Assembly: GCA_020724555.1 (NCBI GenBank)
Contig: DYGT01000001.1
Location: forward strand, 65,197-129,196
Direction: 5' to 3'
Origin: Candidatus Microgenomatus sp.
GTDB taxonomy: Bacteria; Patescibacteriota; Microgenomatia; UBA8517
Length of the DNA: 64,000 bases
This document shows, one piece after another, positions 8,940 through 18,866 of the stretch. How positions within the stretch are numbered: position 1 is the stretch's first letter; the number at the start of each line of letters is the position of its first letter. The notes beneath the pieces are model-generated. The model was not told where the DNA came from. It did no database searches and saw only the letters and a program-made list of their open reading frames with translations. A program made the translations under genes and the position numbers.

Positions 8940-9593
8940 CTAGCGGAACAATATAATAGGCCACTGCCATAAAAAATTAAGAAGAATTGCTGAAAAAACA
9001 TTTTTTGTGCGCGCAAACACAAACGACGCACCTATAGAATAGACAAATACCAATGCAGCATATAAAACTAAATTGCCCAAGTTAAATTTCCAATCCAAGA
9101 TAGCAATTGGCAAATGAATCAGCACCCAGCCCAGAGCGGTCACAAAATTCGCTCTCCATTCGCTCTTGATCACGCTCCAAAGCCGGGAGAAAATAAAACC
9201 ACGAAAAACCAACTCTTCCACCACAGCCGTAGACAAAGAAACGGCAATTAAAAGAAAAAAAGAACTTTCTCCTAAATTGGCATAAAATTCTACCGAACCG
9301 TACTTTAAATAGTTGACAATAAGACCTTCAAGCGAAAAAACAGCACCTAAAACAATTGCCAAATAAATTGTAGGGAAAAAATTTTTTTGTGTAATTCCGA
9401 TTGAAGACACAGATGATTGTTCTTTTTTCAAAAGATATACCATGGGACCTAGCCAAATAACGGGTTTGATTATAAATTCTTCAAGGCTTTCGGGAAGCTG
9501 AAAAAGCAAACGGTAAAAACCCCAAACCAACAGCAAAAAAGCATATAAACCCACTGTGTGTTTTAGTTTGACGATTGCTGTTTTTTCCGGCAT
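8940..9593 (-). CDS. CPBP (CAAX/Abi) intramembrane glutamic endopeptidase
   Basis: Multi-TM; EELVFRG and LIH motifs; final His motif replaced (ILLNFLW). Confidence 0.85.
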   Translation of the reverse strand: MPEKTAIVKLKHTVGLYAFLLLVWGFYRLLFQLPESLEEFIIKPVIWLGPMVYLLKKEQSSVSSIGITQKNFFPTIYLAIVLGAVFSLEGLIVNYLKYGSVEFYANLGESSFFLLIAVSLSTAVVEELVFRGFIFSRLWSVIKSEWRANFVTALGWVLIHLPIAILDWKFNLGNLVLYAALVFVYSIGASFVFARTKNVFSAILLNFLWQWPIILFR

Positions 9594-10097
9594 CTAATAT
9601 TTTAATTGTACACTACATTCGCCAAAGACCTCATCAATTGCCACGATTACCATTTCGATTCTTTTTTCAGCTTCCACAAGATCTATGGCATTTTGTTCAT
9701 TGGGGAACCAATGGGTAACTAAATTGCGTGAATTTTTCCAAGTCTGCCATAATTTTTGGGGAAGCGCTTCGCCTTTACAAAACTTGGTCAAATCATCGTA
9801 AACCCAATCGTTGTCCCGAAATCTTGGATCCAAAGTAGGATTAAGGGATTTTCCAATACGAAAGTGTTTGCCGTAGTAGTCATCTTTGCTAATAAAACCC
9901 ATGTCCAAAAAAAGCTTTTTTAAAAACCCCTCATAAGCTTTGGCTGCCGGAAAAACCACAAAAGAATAATCATGAAACGATTGGTCCCACTCTTTTGTCC
10001 GAACCAAAAGCACCAAAGACTCAGATAAAAGCTCCTGCAAATCCCGCTCAAGATACATCCACCACTTTTTTTGTCTTAAATCTTCAAGTTTAATCAT
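9594..10097 (-). CDS. RnlA/RNase LS-type HEPN domain protein
   Basis: DYSFVVFPAAKAYEGFLK and RNLVTH (RxxxxH) motifs. Confidence 0.7.
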   Translation of the reverse strand: MIKLEDLRQKKWWMYLERDLQELLSESLVLLVRTKEWDQSFHDYSFVVFPAAKAYEGFLKKLFLDMGFISKDDYYGKHFRIGKSLNPTLDPRFRDNDWVYDDLTKFCKGEALPQKLWQTWKNSRNLVTHWFPNEQNAIDLVEAEKRIEMVIVAIDEVFGECSVQLKY

Positions 10098-10126
10098 AAT
10101 TTCTTTATAGAGTATAATCTATCAAC

Positions 10127-12409
10127 ATGGCAGGTAAAAAATCAAGCAAAAAAGGCATTAACAAACCAAAAAAGGATTTTAGAAATAGGTTTTATCGTAT
10201 AGACAAATTCAGTCGGAAAATTAAAATCTTCATACTTATTTTACTGGCTCTTTTCGGCTTTGGTGTCTGGTTGTTTTGGGATTTGCCAATATCAACAAAT
10301 ATCACCGATATCCCGGCAGTTTCCACCAAAATTTTCGACAGGAATGGAAAATTAATTTATGAAATTTACGCCGATCAGCGCCGAACACCGCTGACACTTA
10401 GTGAAATCCCGGAACATGTTAAAGAAGCAACAATAGCCATAGAAGATAAAGATTTTTACAAGCACAGCGGTTTTGATATTATGGGTATGATCCGCGGACT
10501 TTCCCGCCAGTTTACCCGCGGACGCGCCGAAGGAGGCTCCACCCTTACACAGCAGTTAGTTAAAAATGCCCTCTTAACTCCGGAGCGGACAGTTAGGCGG
10601 AAACTTCGCGAATTTGTATTAGCTGCCTTGGTGGAAATACGTTATTCCAAAGACACAATTTTGGAAACCTATTTAAACCAAATTCCCTATGGCTCAACCG
10701 CTTATGGCATTGGCTCAGCAAGCGAACTTTACTTTGGCAAAAGTGCAAAAGAGCTGGACCTTGCAGAGGCCGCCCTTTTAGCCGGACTTACTGCAGCGCC
10801 TACGCGTTACTCCCCTTATGGGTCACACCCTGAACTTGCAAAAGAGCGACAAAAGCAAGTACTCAGGCGCATGGTAGAAGACGGCTATATCAGCCAGGAG
10901 GAGGCGGATGAAGCCGCAAACAAAGAACTTAAATTTAAAAAACAAGAAAACCTCAAAGCTCCTCATTTTGCTTTATGGGTTAAAGAAACTCTAGCAGAAA
11001 AATACGGAGATGCCCTGGTAGAACAAGGCGGGCTCAGGGTTACCACAACGCTGGATTTGGATCTTCAGGAATTTGCCCAAGAGGTTGTGCGTGAAGAAGT
11101 GGAAAAACTTGCCGATCAAGACGTAGGCAATGGAGCTGCACTCGTCACACGCCCCGACACAGGTGAGGTTCTGGCTATGGTAGGGTCAAAAGACTATTTT
11201 GCCGAAGACGAGGACGGCAAAGTCAATATCCTTTTTGCCTTACGGCAACCAGGAAGTTCTATCAAGCCGCTGAACTACGCCCTTGGTATCCGCGATAAAA
11301 AAATTACCGCCAGCACTCCTCTGGCTGACATACCAACTTGTTTTATTGTAGCCGGACAACAACCTTACTGCCCCAGAAATTACGACGGAGGGTTTCATGG
11401 CGCTACACAAGTTCGCTTTGCTCTAGGAAACTCATACAACATTCCGGCAGTCCGCGTATTGGCCTTAAATGGTGTTGACAATTTTATTAACTTTGCAAAA
11501 GAGATGGGAATTACAACTTTTAACGATCCTTCCCAATATGGCCTTTCATTAACTTTGGGCGGGGGCGAAGTGCGCCCGGTAGACATGGCCGTTGCTTTTG
11601 GTGTCTTTGCCAATGAAGGGGTTAAGCAACCATTGCTATCTATCTCTAAAATCGAGGATTGGAAAGGCAAAGTCCTCTTTGAGCTCGATCGGGAAAGTAT
11701 TGATGGAGATCGCGTGCTAGACCCTGCTGTAACTTTTATTATTTCCCACATCCTTCATGACAACAATGCCCGAGTCGCAGCTTTTGGCGTTAATTCTTTT
11801 TTGCGTGTCACTGGCCACCCGGAAGTGTCTGTAAAAACCGGAACTACCAATGACAGACGTGATAACTGGACAATTGGCTACACCAAACACGCCCTTGTCG
11901 TTTCGTGGGTGGGAAACAACGATAACACGCCCATGAGCGGAGCCGTATCCGGAGTGTCGGGCGCTTCTCCCATTTGGAATGCCATCATAAAAGAAGTATT
12001 AAATAAAGCCGAAGACGGAGTATATGGAAGTGATTTCAAAGGCCATGCATGGCCAAAACAACCAAACAATGTTATAGGTGCAAACGTTTGTGCAAACACC
12101 GGCGCCCTACCGGGAAACGAACTCTCAGACTGTCCTACCCGATATGAATATTTTTTGGAAAATACTGTGCCGGCTTCCAATCTTAGGCGTGAAGACATAT
12201 TTATCGATCGCGAAAAGCAAGAGCTGGCCACCCAAGAAACACCACAAGACAAAATAGAAACACAAAATCATATAGTAATATCTGACCCATTAGGAACAAA
12301 AATTTGTCTGACGTGCCCATTTCCCATGCCGAGCGTTACTGTAAACTATCCTTTATCTGGTATTACGAATATTTCCGCACCCTCCAACAAAGAATCTGTT
12401 AATCAGTAA
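10127..12409 (+). CDS. Class A penicillin-binding protein (transglycosylase/transpeptidase)
   Basis: AIEDKDFY.H.G, GGSTLTQQLVKN, RQPGSSIK, SYN, KTGT. Confidence 0.95.
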   Translation: MAGKKSSKKGINKPKKDFRNRFYRIDKFSRKIKIFILILLALFGFGVWLFWDLPISTNITDIPAVSTKIFDRNGKLIYEIYADQRRTPLTLSEIPEHVKEATIAIEDKDFYKHSGFDIMGMIRGLSRQFTRGRAEGGSTLTQQLVKNALLTPERTVRRKLREFVLAALVEIRYSKDTILETYLNQIPYGSTAYGIGSASELYFGKSAKELDLAEAALLAGLTAAPTRYSPYGSHPELAKERQKQVLRRMVEDGYISQEEADEAANKELKFKKQENLKAPHFALWVKETLAEKYGDALVEQGGLRVTTTLDLDLQEFAQEVVREEVEKLADQDVGNGAALVTRPDTGEVLAMVGSKDYFAEDEDGKVNILFALRQPGSSIKPLNYALGIRDKKITASTPLADIPTCFIVAGQQPYCPRNYDGGFHGATQVRFALGNSYNIPAVRVLALNGVDNFINFAKEMGITTFNDPSQYGLSLTLGGGEVRPVDMAVAFGVFANEGVKQPLLSISKIEDWKGKVLFELDRESIDGDRVLDPAVTFIISHILHDNNARVAAFGVNSFLRVTGHPEVSVKTGTTNDRRDNWTIGYTKHALVVSWVGNNDNTPMSGAVSGVSGASPIWNAIIKEVLNKAEDGVYGSDFKGHAWPKQPNNVIGANVCANTGALPGNELSDCPTRYEYFLENTVPASNLRREDIFIDREKQELATQETPQDKIETQNHIVISDPLGTKICLTCPFPMPSVTVNYPLSGITNISAPSNKESVNQ

Positions 12410-12525
12410 TAAATCTTCTCATTTTTTGTATTTTATATCAAACTATAGAGTATTATTTATCGATTGAAGTATACAAATTTCCCCTTCAAAACGCCAGTCG
12501 GTGATGATATTATATAGGGTGACAT

Positions 12526-14838
12526 ATGGGGTTTGCGTTTAACGGCAAATTATTTAATCATATAAAACCCATAACAAGAAGGTCACAGATACTTTTAAAA
12601 ACTATTGTTAACTGCGCCAAAGACTTTTTTTCTTGGGTGGGAAAACCGCTTTATTGGCTCCTCTTGGCAGCCTTTTTTTTCATCTTATTTTTGCAAAAAA
12701 TCATTGTTTTCGTTATCTACGATTTTTTTCTGCATCCCTTGCCGAAGGTTAAATTAAAGACTAAAAATACTCGGCTGCCCAAACTCTTAATTAAGCATGA
12801 AAAATCCCGCCGCTTAATCCACCTAACCACACTCGCGGTTCTAATTGTTTTTTTGGCTTATACGGTTTTTTGGAATTTTATTTTAAAAGACTTGCCTTCC
12901 CCCGAATCCTTAACAAATCGCGAGATTCAATTTTCAACCAAAATATACGACAGAAACGATAATCTTTTATATAACATCTACAAAGACGAAAACCGCACTC
13001 CTATAAAATTGTCAGATATTCCTATCCATATCCAGCTTGCAGTTTTGGCCGCGGAAGATGCCGAATTTTATAATCACCCGGGTTTTTCCGTTAAAGGCAT
13101 GGCCCGGGCAATTTATAAATATATAAACGAGGACAAGCTAGAAGGTGGCTCTACCATAACGCAACAGCTTGTCAAAAACGCCCTCCTAACACCCGAGCGC
13201 ACCGTCATCAGAAAAGTAAAAGAGATTTACCTTGCCATAAAAATTGAAAGGCTTTATTCAAAAGAAGAGATCCTGGAGATGTATTTAAATGAAGTCCCCT
13301 TCGGCGGTACGGCATATGGAATCCGCGAAGCTGCGAAAGTTTACTTTAACAAGGATGTAAAAGAATTGAGTTTGGCAGAAGGAGCACTGCTTGCCGGCCT
13401 GATTCAAAGTCCCACAAAATACTCACCTTTTGGCGCGAACCCAAAACTTTCAATTAACAGGCAACAAGAAATTCTTGAGCTTATGGCAACGCACGGATTT
13501 ATTACAAGCGAACAAAAAAAGGAGGCTTTAGAGGATGAGCTGGTTTTTGCCGACAATAAGATCGACATCAAGGCACCTCATTTTGTGATGTTTGTCCGCC
13601 AAGCGCTTGTGGAACGCTTTGGAGAAGAAATGGTAGAAAAAGGAGGGCTAAAAGTCAAAACAACCCTGGACCTTAAGATACAAAAATTGGCAGAGGAGGC
13701 GGTTGCCCAGGAGGTAGAAAAGCTTAGCTCTTTAAACGTAAGCAATGGTGCGGCCCTGGTTGTTGATCCCCAAAATGGAGATATACTTGCTATGGTAGGA
13801 TCAAAAGATTATTTTGACACCCAAAACGACGGCAATGTCAATGTTTTAACAAGCTTAAGGCAACCCGGATCAAGCATTAAAGTCATCAATTATGCCTATG
13901 CTCTTGGCCATGGTTATACACCGGCCACCATACTGGAAGACACTCCTATCACTTACAATATTGCTGGCTCTCCCCCTTATACTCCTAAAAACTATGACAA
14001 CACTTACCGCGGAAAGATAAGCCTTAGAAGCGCCCTGGCTGAGTCAAGAAACATCCCGGCCGTCAAAGTACTGGCAAGCTATGGGGTTGCCAACATGGTG
14101 TCTCTTGGGCAAAAAATGGGTATTGCAAGCTGGCAGGACCCTACGGATTATGGTCTTTCACTAACCCTTGGGGGTGGAGATGTACGCTTAATTGAACTTG
14201 CACAAGCGTATGCTACCATTGCCAACAATGGAGTGCGGGCAGACCTCCACAGCATCCAAAGCGTAACAGATAGCCGCGGTAAAATTGTCTATGAAAATAG
14301 CTGTAACAACAAAAACCGCTTTATTATTGATAGCGCCGAGAATACTTGCGGAGAGAAGGTCTTAGACCCCCGCATTACTTATATTCTAACTGATATTTTA
14401 AGTGATAACGCTGCCCGATCCCCGGCGTTTGGCAGCCACAGCGCGCTTAATATTCCAGGACACAAAGTGGCTGTAAAAACCGGAACCAGCAACAATCTTC
14501 GCGACAATGTAACTATAGGCTATACGCCGGACATTCTGGTCGCAACTTGGGTGGGCAATAACGACAATTCTCCCATGTCCCGCCTGGCTTCCGGAATTAC
14601 GGGTGCCGCGCCAATCTGGAATAAAATAATTACCAACTTAATTGGCGAAAAAAATATTGCGTGGGATACGCCTTCCGGACTAGTACAAAAACCAATTTGT
14701 CCGTTAACAGGCACGCTCCCGTGTAGCGGTTGCGGCACTAAAAATGAATGGTTTTTAGAAGAAAACCAACCGCCAAGCTGTGGGCCAAAATCGTTTGAGG
14801 ATAAAGCTCAGGGTGAATCGGAGAACTCAGTTTTGTGA
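12526..14838 (+). CDS. Class A penicillin-binding protein, tandem paralog
   Basis: AEDAEFYNH, GGSTITQQLVKN, RQPGSSIK, SRN, KTGT; two N-terminal hydrophobic segments. Confidence 0.95.
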   Translation: MGFAFNGKLFNHIKPITRRSQILLKTIVNCAKDFFSWVGKPLYWLLLAAFFFILFLQKIIVFVIYDFFLHPLPKVKLKTKNTRLPKLLIKHEKSRRLIHLTTLAVLIVFLAYTVFWNFILKDLPSPESLTNREIQFSTKIYDRNDNLLYNIYKDENRTPIKLSDIPIHIQLAVLAAEDAEFYNHPGFSVKGMARAIYKYINEDKLEGGSTITQQLVKNALLTPERTVIRKVKEIYLAIKIERLYSKEEILEMYLNEVPFGGTAYGIREAAKVYFNKDVKELSLAEGALLAGLIQSPTKYSPFGANPKLSINRQQEILELMATHGFITSEQKKEALEDELVFADNKIDIKAPHFVMFVRQALVERFGEEMVEKGGLKVKTTLDLKIQKLAEEAVAQEVEKLSSLNVSNGAALVVDPQNGDILAMVGSKDYFDTQNDGNVNVLTSLRQPGSSIKVINYAYALGHGYTPATILEDTPITYNIAGSPPYTPKNYDNTYRGKISLRSALAESRNIPAVKVLASYGVANMVSLGQKMGIASWQDPTDYGLSLTLGGGDVRLIELAQAYATIANNGVRADLHSIQSVTDSRGKIVYENSCNNKNRFIIDSAENTCGEKVLDPRITYILTDILSDNAARSPAFGSHSALNIPGHKVAVKTGTSNNLRDNVTIGYTPDILVATWVGNNDNSPMSRLASGITGAAPIWNKIITNLIGEKNIAWDTPSGLVQKPICPLTGTLPCSGCGTKNEWFLEENQPPSCGPKSFEDKAQGESENSVL

Positions 14839-15825
14839 GGTTGTTTCGTAGATAAACCGCGAGAGCTCAACAATTGCTTCGTCCGCTTCGCTTTCGACAA
14901 TGCCATCGCTCATAATGACAACAACATAAGGGTTGGGTGCCAGAACCAAGCCGGCGTCATTAATAACGTGCGTTTCGCGACCAAATTTATGTGCTACAAC
15001 CACTTTTTCGGGAACACCGTTTACCAACCAATCTTCAAAATTTGTGTTGGTCAGATATTCCAAAAGCTCATCCCGGCTTTTTACGCTTACCAGCTTGCCT
15101 TCATACAATTTGTTCAATAAAATTCCGATGTCTTGCGGTGTCGTCAGGTTTTGTTCCAGCGAGGTGTTTGTCATGCCTGTTTTTTGTAAAAATTCATTTA
15201 TTGCCTCATCCCCAAGCATATTTTTTACGATATTATAAGCTGTGTTATCGGATTCTTTACCCATAAGCTTCGTCAGTTCACGGTATGAAAATTCACTACC
15301 GGCTGGTTTAGTCTGCAAACTTCCCGCCCCCGAAAGCTTATCTTCGTCTTTTAAAATGTATTTTGCTTCCAAATCGATATTACCTTCTTCAGCTTCTTTA
15401 TAAAGTAAAACCATAACCGGAAGTTTTATCAAAGAAGCCGCTTGAAACTGGCGTGATTCGTTTATGCCCCACCGGATATTATTTTTTATCTCATATACAT
15501 ACACTCCATAAATACCGGAATAAGCTTGGGTTATATCCGCCAATTTGTTTTCCATCTCTTTTCTGACATTCATGTCGCCTTCAATTATATAGGTTTGTTC
15601 CCATGAAATATTGGGCAGCTTTAAGGCCGGCAGCCCTCCCACCTTCCAATGGCGTGCCGAAAAAGCTAATAATACCGCAGGGAAAACTGTTAAAAAAAGG
15701 ATTCCTAAAACCAAAATTCTCTCTTTTTTGCTCCAAGGCTTTTGTTCTTTTTTTATTTTTTCTTTTTTAGTTTCCGGCGCAATTCGTTCAATTTCCGGTT
15801 TTTTGCCACGCTGAAAAAAGCTCAT
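14827..15825 (-). CDS. Membrane-anchored class A beta-lactamase-like serine hydrolase
   Basis: AASLIK (SxxK), SDN, HKFG motifs. Confidence 0.85.
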   Translation of the reverse strand: MSFFQRGKKPEIERIAPETKKEKIKKEQKPWSKKERILVLGILFLTVFPAVLLAFSARHWKVGGLPALKLPNISWEQTYIIEGDMNVRKEMENKLADITQAYSGIYGVYVYEIKNNIRWGINESRQFQAASLIKLPVMVLLYKEAEEGNIDLEAKYILKDEDKLSGAGSLQTKPAGSEFSYRELTKLMGKESDNTAYNIVKNMLGDEAINEFLQKTGMTNTSLEQNLTTPQDIGILLNKLYEGKLVSVKSRDELLEYLTNTNFEDWLVNGVPEKVVVAHKFGRETHVINDAGLVLAPNPYVVVIMSDGIVESEADEAIVELSRFIYETTSQN

Positions 15826-15853
15826 GGCTTATTTTACATTAATTAGTGTCTTT

Positions 15854-16840
15854 CTAAACCCGACGTTTCTCCCACACTTCTTCGTTTGCGATATTGTCCG
15901 GTTTTTGACCGGACAAAAGCATCAGGACAGAGTTTACAGCCTGGTTGCCCATTTTATTGCGGGCTTCCCAAGTGGCAGAGGCAATATGAGGGGTAAGGAT
16001 GACATTTTCCATAGCAATGAGTTCAGGATTAATATCGGGTTCGTTATCAAAAACATCCAAAGCTGCCCCCCCAAGTTTTCCCGTACGCAGCGCATTCACC
16101 AATTCCTGTTCATAGACAACAGAACCCCTTGCAGTATTGATTAAGAATATTCCGTCTTTCATCTTAGAAAACGCGTCGGCATTTATCATATGGTGGGTCT
16201 CAGGAGTCAAAGGTACATGCAAACTCACAATGTCTGAGTTTGCGTATAAATTGTCTAAATTGCTAAAGACAACTCCCAACTCACGCTCGGCTTTCTCATC
16301 TCTACTTCTTTTATTATATAAAATATTCATGCCAAACCCTTGAGCACGTCTGGCAACCATTCCCCCGATTCTCCCCATACCAATAATTCCCAAGGTTTTC
16401 CCTGCCAAGCTTTTACCCAAAAATATGCCTGGCTCCCAGCCTTTATAAGCACCGCGGCGCGTGGATTCGTCCGCTTCAACCACACGTCTGGCAAGGGCTA
16501 AAATTAAGGCCCATGTATGCTCGGCCACCGCCTCATTGACTTCATCGGAAGGCGTATTGGTGACAACTATCCCGCGGTCTGTAGCATCCGCAAGATTAAT
16601 GTTGTCAAAACCAACCGCATAGTTACTTATAAGCCTTAGCTGCGGACCGATCGCGTCCATAACTTCCCCATCAATTTTATCGCTCAAAAGGGTGATAAGT
16701 GCGTCCGACCCCGCAGCCTTTTCTAGAAATTCAGACGGAGTAAGTGGGCGGTCAAATTCAGACACAACAATTTCATGCCCACTCGCAAACAAGGGGCGCA
16801 AACAATCACCCGGTACTTTACGACTGACAAATACTTTCAT
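15854..16840 (-). CDS. D-2-hydroxyacid dehydrogenase (glyoxylate/hydroxypyruvate reductase)
   Basis: YAVGFDNI, GMGRIG, INTARG, LDVF..EP, TPHIAS. Confidence 0.92.
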   Translation of the reverse strand: MKVFVSRKVPGDCLRPLFASGHEIVVSEFDRPLTPSEFLEKAAGSDALITLLSDKIDGEVMDAIGPQLRLISNYAVGFDNINLADATDRGIVVTNTPSDEVNEAVAEHTWALILALARRVVEADESTRRGAYKGWEPGIFLGKSLAGKTLGIIGMGRIGGMVARRAQGFGMNILYNKRSRDEKAERELGVVFSNLDNLYANSDIVSLHVPLTPETHHMINADAFSKMKDGIFLINTARGSVVYEQELVNALRTGKLGGAALDVFDNEPDINPELIAMENVILTPHIASATWEARNKMGNQAVNSVLMLLSGQKPDNIANEEVWEKRRV

Positions 16841-17830
16841 TTATATTTCATAAACACCAACCTCGCTGGATTCTGCTCTCTCAAGCCATTGTGGCAAATC
16901 TTGTGCTCTGAGTAAACCCCTTTGGCTGCCAATGTAACCAATAACCGATGCTGAATTTACTGTCCCCCAAAGAAGAGCTTCATTAATAGTTTTCCCTTGA
17001 ATCAAGGCGGAAATACAACCTGCCCCAAATGCATCACCCGCTCCTGTGCGCTCATAAGCGTCTACCGGCAATACGCCGCTATGGTAATAACGCGCGCCAT
17101 CAAAAGCATACGCACCACCACCGCCGTCGGTAATGATACTTATTTTGGGGCCCAAGCGGCACGTAGCCTCTAAAAGCTCTTTTTCTCTGCCGTGGGTATC
17201 TGTCATACCAGTTAAACTTTCAGCTTCACTGCGGTTTATATAAACGATATAAGTTTCAGATAAAACATTTTGTATTTTTTCCTTACCAGCCCTTATTTGT
17301 CTGGATCCTGGATTAAAGGCAAGTTTAACTTTGTTTGCTTTTACCCACTCCATCACTTTGTCGTAAAACTCGCTAAAATTTTCTGCAAGGGACGTTAAAT
17401 AAGCCCACCCAACTAAAGGAAGACTTTGGGGAAAGGTGTAAATTCGCTCGGGTCGATAAGTAAAAATAGTACGCTCGCCACCGTAATTAATAATTGTAGA
17501 ATAATTGGATGGGCTATTTTCTTGTACGGTAAGATAACTTAAATCTACACCTTCTTGTTCCAAGCTAGACTTAATGGTTCTGGCAATTTCATCATCACCC
17601 ATTGTTGTTACAAGAGCCGTACGAACTCCTAAACGCGTCACGCCCACGGCATTATTAGCGGCATTTCCACCCACAGAAACTTCCAAATTTTTAACAGGAA
17701 TTTTATCCCCATAGGTAAAGCAAATAAAACTTTCCCGCTCGCGAATGTCACACATTGCCTCGCTTTCGATTGGCGTCATAAAGGTGTCATAGGTAACATC
17801 GCCAATTGATAAGAGTTTTACATCATCCAT
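16841..17830 (-). CDS. PfkB-family carbohydrate kinase
   Basis: GGNAANNAVG..RLG, FNPG, TGAGDAFG. Confidence 0.9.
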   Translation of the reverse strand: MDDVKLLSIGDVTYDTFMTPIESEAMCDIRERESFICFTYGDKIPVKNLEVSVGGNAANNAVGVTRLGVRTALVTTMGDDEIARTIKSSLEQEGVDLSYLTVQENSPSNYSTIINYGGERTIFTYRPERIYTFPQSLPLVGWAYLTSLAENFSEFYDKVMEWVKANKVKLAFNPGSRQIRAGKEKIQNVLSETYIVYINRSEAESLTGMTDTHGREKELLEATCRLGPKISIITDGGGGAYAFDGARYYHSGVLPVDAYERTGAGDAFGAGCISALIQGKTINEALLWGTVNSASVIGYIGSQRGLLRAQDLPQWLERAESSEVGVYEI

Positions 17831-18836
17831 TAGTCTCCTCCTCATATGTATACTCTCCCATCCTTGCCATTGCATTTAAACGAGCACGTTTTAAGAATGC
17901 CTCCTGTGCCGGCTTTATATTTTCCCTGTCTTTTGCCCAAGCTTCCATAGCCGGCGCCTGGAGAGCTCGGCCATAGCTAAAGCTTAACTGCCAAGGCAAA
18001 TCGGCCTGTCTATTTACTTCACACAAATAAAGGGTGGCAAGCTCGGGGGCTAAACCGCCCGACAAAAATACAATACCGGGGACATCGTGGGGTACGGTCT
18101 TATTTAATACACCTATGGTCTTTTGCACCACATCCGACACCTCGTCTTTTGCTTGAAAATCACGCCCGGAAACAACAAAATTGGTTTTTAACAGCATACC
18201 ATTTAAGGCCACACCTCTTTTTTCTAATGCCGAAAATACTTCGGTTAATGTATGGGTGCTTACCTCCTCGCATTTGTTAATGTCGTGCTTTCCATCCATT
18301 AACACTTCGGGCTCAACAATTGGTACCATTCCATGCTCCTGAGAAACATATGCAAATTCCGCCAAAGCTGTCGCATTTTCCTTCAATACCTGGGGGGTGG
18401 GCGTATTTTCACTAATTAAGGTAACCGCCCGCCACTTTGTAAAATGCATCCCGTGGGCTTTATATTTAGTCAAACGCTCAGATAAATTATTCAGTCCTTG
18501 TGTAATTTTTTCTGTTGGAGAGCCGGGTGCGTCTATTTTGCCCTCATCCACTTTCACGCCCGGAGTTATGCCGCGTTGAGCCAAAATATCATGTAGCAAT
18601 ATACCCTCCTCGTTTTCCTGAAAAACCGTTTCATCAAACAAAATAACTCCGCTTATGTATTTTTCTATCTCAGGCGTTGTAAAAAGAAGTTGCCTGTAAG
18701 ATAAACGATTTTGCGGTGTATTTTCTATGCCGAGCCTAGAAAAGCGTTTTTCAATTGTTGGCATCGATTCATCTGCCGCCAAAATTCCTTTTGGCTTTTC
18801 TACTAATTTTTCGGCAATTTCAAAAAGCTCTAACAT
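17823..18836 (-). CDS. Class I fructose-bisphosphate aldolase (eukaryote-like family)
   Basis: GILAADES, KVDEG, KWRAV, VPIVEPEV, LLKT, FLSGG, SFSYGRALQ. Confidence 0.95.
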   Translation of the reverse strand: MLELFEIAEKLVEKPKGILAADESMPTIEKRFSRLGIENTPQNRLSYRQLLFTTPEIEKYISGVILFDETVFQENEEGILLHDILAQRGITPGVKVDEGKIDAPGSPTEKITQGLNNLSERLTKYKAHGMHFTKWRAVTLISENTPTPQVLKENATALAEFAYVSQEHGMVPIVEPEVLMDGKHDINKCEEVSTHTLTEVFSALEKRGVALNGMLLKTNFVVSGRDFQAKDEVSDVVQKTIGVLNKTVPHDVPGIVFLSGGLAPELATLYLCEVNRQADLPWQLSFSYGRALQAPAMEAWAKDRENIKPAQEAFLKRARLNAMARMGEYTYEEETNG

Positions 18837-18866
18837 CCTTACTTTTAGATTAACACGATTTAACCC

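Noticed and set aside
14827-15825. Bona fide antibiotic-resistance beta-lactamase
   Set aside because: Membrane-anchored class A-like serine hydrolase; resistance function cannot be inferred from the motifs alone
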